Source of the DNA: Chromatiaceae bacterium
GTDB taxonomy: Bacteria; Pseudomonadota; Gammaproteobacteria; Chromatiales; Chromatiaceae
Direction: 5' to 3'
Assembly: GCA_028277905.1 (NCBI GenBank)
Contig: JANQFI010000034.1
Location: 1-53,463, forward strand
DNA: 53,463 nucleotides
Each line of letters begins with the position of its first letter. Within the stretch, counting starts at the first letter, position 1. This document shows, piece after piece, positions 48,342 through 53,463 of the stretch. The notes below the pieces were generated by a model that saw only the letters and a list, made by a program, of their open reading frames with translations, did not search any database and was not told the DNA's origin. The position numbers and the translations under genes are program-made.

Positions 48342-49108
48342 AGCCGCTCTTGCTTGTCTTCTCGGTGCTGCTCGGTGGCGTTCTGCTGCTGCAGTGGCAT
48401 GGCTGGTCCGCAGACGAGGCACTGCCGGCGCCACCGGCCGCCCAGGCGCAGGCGACCGCGCGCGCGCAGGCAGCCGACAGGGGCCTGGATGGGGTCCCCT
48501 TGGAGCCGCCGCCCAAGGAGGACTACGCCACGGTCGTCGAGCGGCCGCTGTTCCTGCCCGAGCGCCGGCCGCCTCCCGAAGAGGCCGAGGAGCCCGTCGT
48601 CGAGGAAGAACCCTTGACGGAGCTGGACGGCGTGGATCTGACCGCCGTGGTCATCACGCCGGCGGTGGTCTCTGCCTGGGTGCGCAGCCCTGGTGTCAGC
48701 GAGCTCAAGCGCCTGCGGCTCGGCGACGACTTCGAGGGCTGGACGGTGAAGACCATCGCGCCCGACGAGTTGGTGCTGGAGCGACAGGGGGAGACCAATC
48801 GACTATCATTGCACGACTACGAGAATGCCCCGCCGCCGATACCGCCCACCCGCCTGCCGGCCCAGCCGCGGCGGGGCACGCCGCCCGCGCGCCAGCGTCG
48901 AGGCGAGCAGGAGGACGCCGATGGCGGTGCGGCCGGGCAGGCGCCGGAGATCGGCGAATGGCCCACTGACGACTGGCCCGAAGACGACTGGCCGACGGCT
49001 CGCCGGCAGTCCCCCGATCGGAGCGCCAGGCCCGCACCCGTCCGGTCACCCTCCCGGCAAGTTCCAAGACGCCCGCCGACGCGCCAACGCAATGCAACCG
49101 GCCAGTAG
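48338..49108 (+). CDS. gspN: Type II secretion protein XpsN/GspN (GspC-like)
   Basis: N-terminal TM, ERPLFLPERRP, LTAVVITP, GDDFEGWTVKTI; between gspM and gspD. Confidence 0.7.
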   Translation: MKPLLLVFSVLLGGVLLLQWHGWSADEALPAPPAAQAQATARAQAADRGLDGVPLEPPPKEDYATVVERPLFLPERRPPPEEAEEPVVEEEPLTELDGVDLTAVVITPAVVSAWVRSPGVSELKRLRLGDDFEGWTVKTIAPDELVLERQGETNRLSLHDYENAPPPIPPTRLPAQPRRGTPPARQRRGEQEDADGGAAGQAPEIGEWPTDDWPEDDWPTARRQSPDRSARPAPVRSPSRQVPRRPPTRQRNATGQ

Positions 49109-51515
49109 ACAAGCGCAGCATGGCTGGGGCCGGCGCTCTGCCCCGTCCGTGCTCCGGCCCCCGTCCCGACACCTGGCACGCCTGCGCCGAGCACCCGCGA
49201 CCGGCGGCTGCCGAGCCATCGGGATCGGGACAGCGCTCGATTTGGATCCCGATTGCGATTGCGATCCGGATACGGCTCGATTGGGGTATTTCGGCGCGGC
49301 ACTACGAGCCCGGACGCTGGCCCGGCCCTTGTGCGTGCTGGGCCCCATACCGGGCCGCTTCGCGATGGCCCTGCTGCTGGCGCTCGCCATTGCGCTGACC
49401 GGCGGCTGCGGGGGCCTGGTCTTCGACCCCAGCAGGCGCGTCGGGGACACCAGCGGACACATCACCGACACCAACCGCCGGCCGGTTCCCACGGGCACAG
49501 GTGTGCAGCAGCCGGCCAGCATCGCCATCGGCGACGAGCTGCCGCAGCAGGGCGACTCGGTGCGGCGCGGCACCGGCGCCTTCGTGCGCCAAGTCGGGCC
49601 CGCCGGCGTGGACACCACCCCCGGCGACGTCACGCTCAACTTCGACGGCACAGATATTCGCGAGGTGGTCAAGGTCATCCTGGGGGATCTGTTGGGCGTC
49701 AACTATGTGTTGAACCCACAGGTTTCGGGCTCGGTGTCCTTGCAGACGGGCCGGCCGCTGCGGCGCGACATGCTGATCCCGACCCTGGAGACGCTGTTGC
49801 GCATGAACAACGCGGCACTGGTGGACAACGCCGGCACCTACGAGGTGGTGCCGCTGAACAACGCCGTGCAGGGACGCATCGTCCCGCAGCTCGGGCAGTC
49901 GTCGCGGGCGCTGCCCGAAGGCTATAGCGTGCAGGTCGTGCCGCTGCGCTACATCGGCGCTGAGGAGATGGCCAGCATCCTGGAACCGCTGGCGCCCGAG
50001 GGCAGCCTGGTACGCACGGATACCCTGCGCAATCTGATCCTCGTCGCCGGCACCAGCCCGGAGATGAGCAATCTGCTGGATACCATTCAGGTGTTCGACG
50101 TGGACTGGATGTCCGGCCTGTCGGTGGGCTTCTTCGTGCTGGAGTACGCCAAGGCGACGGATGTCGTGACGCAGATGGAGACGCTGCTCGCCGGCGGCGA
50201 CGGCCCCAACCCCCTGAGCGGGATCTTCCGCTTCATCCCGGTGGAGAGCGCCAATGCCGTGCTGGTCGTGTCGCCGCAGCAGAATTACCTGGCGCAGATG
50301 GAAGACTGGATCAACCGCCTCGACCGCGCCGAGGCCAGCGGCAGCACGGCGCAGCGGCTTTTCGTCTATCGGGTGCGCCACGGCGATGCGGAGAACTTGG
50401 CCGACGTGCTCTCCAAGCTCTTCGCCGCCGACGGCGAGGGTCGGGGCACCAGCCGCAGCGTCGGCGGCGTCGCCCCCGGCCTGGGACAGGCGAGCATCGG
50501 TGGCGAGGATGGCGGCGAAGCCGGTGGCGGCACGACCCAGCGCCGCGCCACGGCCAGCACGCTGGAGTTGTCGTCGCAGGTGAGCATCGTCGCCGACCCG
50601 GTGAACAACTCGCTGCTGGTGCGCTCCAGCCCGCGCGACTACAAGAAGATTCTAGACGCGCTCAAGCAGCTCGACATCGTGCCGCTGCAGGTGCTGGTGG
50701 AGGCGACCATCGTCGAGATCCGGCTCACCGGGAGCCTCGAGTACGGCGTCCAGTGGCGCTTCTTCGGGCTGGCCGCCGGCGGTGAGTGGGACGCCGAGAA
50801 TGGCCGCAACGTCGGCGGTTATCGCAGCGATATCTCGTTGCGAGGCGATACCGAAGGCCCGGCGCAGACCTTTTCGGCCACCGGCTCGCCGTCCACCTTC
50901 AACTGGTCCGTGGTGCTGCGCCCGGAGACCATTCGCGCGACTCTGACCGCGCTGGCCGAGGACGACCTGGTCAATGTGCTGTCGTCGCCGTCGGTAATGG
51001 TGCGCGACAACCAGACCGCGGAGATCCAGGTGGGCGAGGACGTGCCCATCGCCACGACGCAGCAGCAGGGCACCACCACCACGGACCGGATCATCAACCA
51101 GATCGAGTACCGCAAGACCGGTGTGAAGCTGTCCGTGAAGCCCAGGGTCACGCCCGGCGGCATGGTGCAGATGGAGATCGAGCAGGAGGTCAGCGACGTC
51201 GCGCAGGAGAGCGGCACGCTCAACTCGCCCACCTTCCGCACCCGCAACATCACCAGCAATGTCGCCGTGCGCTCCAACCAGGCGGTGGTGCTGGGCGGCC
51301 TGATCCAGGACGCGAGGGAAGACGGCAAGTCCGGCATCCCTGGGCTGTACCGGGCGCCGCTCATCGGCCCCCTGTTCGGCGAGACCTCGCGCCGCGCCCT
51401 GCGCACCGAGCTGGTGGTGGTGCTCACCCCGCGCGTCATCGCCAGCGACGGCGATATCGAGACCGTGACCCGGGACTTCCGCGAAAAGGTCCGCAACCTG
51501 GACACGCGCTTCTGA
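49092..51515 (+). CDS. gspD: Type II secretion secretin GspD (lipoprotein type)
   Basis: Lipobox LTGGC, VTLNFDGTDIREVV, QVLVEATIVEI, VLSSPSVMVRDNQTAEIQVG, IPGLYRAPLIGPLFG, RTELVVVLTP; start uncertain (49092-49365). Confidence 0.93.
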   Translation: MQPASRQAQHGWGRRSAPSVLRPPSRHLARLRRAPATGGCRAIGIGTALDLDPDCDCDPDTARLGYFGAALRARTLARPLCVLGPIPGRFAMALLLALAIALTGGCGGLVFDPSRRVGDTSGHITDTNRRPVPTGTGVQQPASIAIGDELPQQGDSVRRGTGAFVRQVGPAGVDTTPGDVTLNFDGTDIREVVKVILGDLLGVNYVLNPQVSGSVSLQTGRPLRRDMLIPTLETLLRMNNAALVDNAGTYEVVPLNNAVQGRIVPQLGQSSRALPEGYSVQVVPLRYIGAEEMASILEPLAPEGSLVRTDTLRNLILVAGTSPEMSNLLDTIQVFDVDWMSGLSVGFFVLEYAKATDVVTQMETLLAGGDGPNPLSGIFRFIPVESANAVLVVSPQQNYLAQMEDWINRLDRAEASGSTAQRLFVYRVRHGDAENLADVLSKLFAADGEGRGTSRSVGGVAPGLGQASIGGEDGGEAGGGTTQRRATASTLELSSQVSIVADPVNNSLLVRSSPRDYKKILDALKQLDIVPLQVLVEATIVEIRLTGSLEYGVQWRFFGLAAGGEWDAENGRNVGGYRSDISLRGDTEGPAQTFSATGSPSTFNWSVVLRPETIRATLTALAEDDLVNVLSSPSVMVRDNQTAEIQVGEDVPIATTQQQGTTTTDRIINQIEYRKTGVKLSVKPRVTPGGMVQMEIEQEVSDVAQESGTLNSPTFRTRNITSNVAVRSNQAVVLGGLIQDAREDGKSGIPGLYRAPLIGPLFGETSRRALRTELVVVLTPRVIASDGDIETVTRDFREKVRNLDTRF
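49212..49279. repeat. Degenerate palindromic hexamer repeat (atcggg..cccgat, gattgc) in the gspD 5' region
   Basis: cgagccatcgggatc ... gatcccgattgcgattgcgatccggatacggctcg forms an imperfect inverted repeat. Confidence 0.5.
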
Positions 51516-52636
51516 TGGAGCTCATCGATCTGAAGGCACAGCAGGCGCGTCTCGAGGCGCAGATTCAGGCCCGCATCCAGGCGGTGCTGGCCCACGGCCG
51601 CTACATCATGGGGCCCGAGGTGGCGGAGCTGGAGGGGCGGCTCGCCGACTACCTGGGCGTGCGCCACTGCATCGGCGTCTCCAGTGGCACGGACGCGCTG
51701 CTGGTCGCGCTGATGGCCTTGGACATCGGCCCGGGGGATGAGGTCATCACCACGCCCTTTACCTTCGTCGCCACCGCCGAGGTCATCGCGTTGCTGGGCG
51801 CCGTGCCCAGGTTCGTCGACATCGATCCCGTCACCTACAACCTGGACCCCGGCCTCATCGAGCCCGCCGTCGGCCCCCGGACCCGCGCCATCATGCCCGT
51901 GTCCCTGTACGGCCAGTGCGCGGACATGGACGCCATCAACGCCATCGCCGAGCGCCACGGCCTGCCGGTCATCGAGGACGCGGCGCAGAGCTTCGGTGCC
52001 ACCTATAGGGGCCGGCGCTCCTGTGGGCTCTCGACCATCGGCTGCACCTCGTTCTTCCCGTCCAAGCCGCTCGGCTGCTATGGCGACGGCGGCGCCTGCT
52101 GCACCGACGACGATCGGTTGGCGACCCGGATGCGCCAAGTCATGAATCACGGCCAGGACAGGCGCTACAGCCATCCGCGGCTCGGCATCAACGGCCGGCT
52201 GGACTCGCTGCAGGCCGCGGTGCTGCTGGCCAAGCTGGATATCTTCCCGGATGAGGTGGAGCGCCGCGCCGCCGCCGGCGCCCGCTATAGCGAGCTGTTC
52301 CGGGCGCGCGGCGCCCGCAGCACCGCCGAGGCCCGCGATGGCCTGCTGACCCCGGCCATCGCGCCCCATAACACCAGCGTCTACGCCCAGTACACGCTCC
52401 AGGTGGACGACCGCGACGCCGTCATCGCCCGCCTCGCCGCCGCGGAAATCCCCACCGCGGTCCACTATCCCATCCCGCTCAACCGCCAGGGTGCCTACGC
52501 GCGCTTCCGCTGTGCGGACTGCACCCCCAACGCGGACCTTGCCGCGGCGCGGGTACTGAGCCTGCCGATGCACCCCTATCTCACCGCCGCTGACGCCGAG
52601 CGGGTGGCAGATGTGCTGGCCGGCGCCGCGCCCTGA
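51515..52636 (+). CDS. DegT/DnrJ/EryC1/StrS sugar aminotransferase (WbpE-like)
   Basis: MELIDLKAQ, YIMGPEV, SSGTDAL, IEDAAQSFGA, SFFPSKPLGCYGDGG, NGRLDSLQAA, LSLPMHPYL; TGATG coupling to gspD. Confidence 0.93.
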   Translation: MELIDLKAQQARLEAQIQARIQAVLAHGRYIMGPEVAELEGRLADYLGVRHCIGVSSGTDALLVALMALDIGPGDEVITTPFTFVATAEVIALLGAVPRFVDIDPVTYNLDPGLIEPAVGPRTRAIMPVSLYGQCADMDAINAIAERHGLPVIEDAAQSFGATYRGRRSCGLSTIGCTSFFPSKPLGCYGDGGACCTDDDRLATRMRQVMNHGQDRRYSHPRLGINGRLDSLQAAVLLAKLDIFPDEVERRAAAGARYSELFRARGARSTAEARDGLLTPAIAPHNTSVYAQYTLQVDDRDAVIARLAAAEIPTAVHYPIPLNRQGAYARFRCADCTPNADLAAARVLSLPMHPYLTAADAERVADVLAGAAP

Positions 52637-52693
52637 CCTCCCGCCTGATCCCTGCCCGTGACTGCAATAACAACTGACACACAAGAGGCGTCT

Positions 52694-52768
52694 GGTGGAT
52701 GAGCCCAGGGCGGTCCACCAACGGGCCTGTGGCATTCGGTGGACTTCGCTGCCGCTCGTCCACCCCAC
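52694..52768. repeat. REP/REPIN-like inverted doublet
   Basis: ggtggatgagc pairs with gctcgtccacc (10/11); inner gtccacc pairs with ggtggac; intergenic. Confidence 0.6.
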
Positions 52769-52824
52769 CGGCCGTGCCCATGATCAGGGCCGCCCTAGAC
52801 TGTCTGCCCATTCCTGAACCGACC

Positions 52825-53463
52825 ATGGCCAAGTACCTCAACCCCTACACCGACTTCGGCTTCAAGAAGCTGTTCGGGGAAGAGGCCAACAAGGACCTCT
52901 TGATCGATTTCCTCGATCAGCTGCTGCCGCCGGAGCACCAGATCGCCGAGCTTGCCTTTCGCAACGCCGAGCAGCTGCCGGACCTGTCCCCGGAGCGCCG
53001 CGCCATCTTCGACATCAACTGCATCAGCACCTCGGGCGAGCGCTTCATCGTCGAGATGCAGAAGGCGAAGATCCACGTCTTCAAGGACCGCGCCCTGTTC
53101 TACACGACCTTCCCGATCCGCGAGCAGGCGCAGCAGGGCCCCTAGAGCTTTCGCCTCGAGCCGATCTACTTCATCGCCATCCTGGATTTCGAGTACGACG
53201 AGGCCGAAGAGCGGCGGCTGTTCCGCCGCGATGTCGCCCTGCGCGACCAGACCGGTGCCGTCTTCTTCGAGCGGCTGCACTTCAGGTTCCTGCAGATGCC
53301 GCTGTTCGACAAGCAGGAGCACGAATTGGAGACGCGCTTCGACAAGTGGTGCTATTTCCTCAAGCACCTGGAAGACTTCGAGCACATGCCGGCCATCCTC
53401 GAGGAGCCGATCTTCCAGAAGGCCTTCTCGGTCGCCGAGCTGGCCAACCTCAGCCGCGAGCAG
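52825..53463 (+). pseudogene. Rpn family recombination-promoting nuclease / PD-(D/E)XK transposase-like gene with in-frame amber stop (3'-partial)
   Basis: YLNPYTDFGFKKLFG, RRAIFDINC, FIVEMQ; TAG 53143-53145 then same frame continues PIYFIAILDF..DKWCYFLK..FQKAFSVAE. Confidence 0.85.

Noticed and set aside
53143-53145. Amber recoding (pyrrolysine or alternative code), given a second in-frame TAG at 21117
   Set aside because: TAG is used as a normal stop elsewhere (e.g. 49106-49108); TGG>TAG nonsense changes are simpler
1-53463. tRNA, rRNA, integrase or att sites bounding the cluster
   Set aside because: None recognised by eye; tRNAscan and a flank repeat search would be needed to exclude them

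Overview
High-GC proteobacterial chromosomal window; the gene content (PEP-CTERM-like protein, Xps-type T2SS, hexamer repeats) suggests Chromatiaceae, but this is inference. Left edge: 3' end of a DUF1566-like protein with a PEP-CTERM-type tail. Right edge: T2SS gspK-L-M-N-D, a DegT/WbpE aminotransferase and an Rpn/PD-(D/E)XK gene with an in-frame TAG. Between them (~667-45021) is a ~44 kb cluster in three arms (left minus, long central plus, right minus). It encodes a large tubulin/FtsZ-like GTPase plus a signature-less membrane paralogue, two P-loop GTPases, several related GTPase-associated (GAP1-like) proteins including a tandem array of two intact and two collapsed copies, three vWA proteins plus a vWA pseudogene, an IgGFc-binding-domain receptor sharing a cytoplasmic tail with one vWA receptor, a membrane-anchored and apparently dead MrfA/DUF1998 helicase, coiled-coil proteins and an OmpA-domain protein. 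It resembles the computationally predicted FtsZl1/Tubulin_2 and GTPase-GAP1 'conflict/membrane-remodelling' operons, with extra components I do not recognise from them. All domain calls are by-eye motif recognition; no searches were run and several start codons are uncertain.
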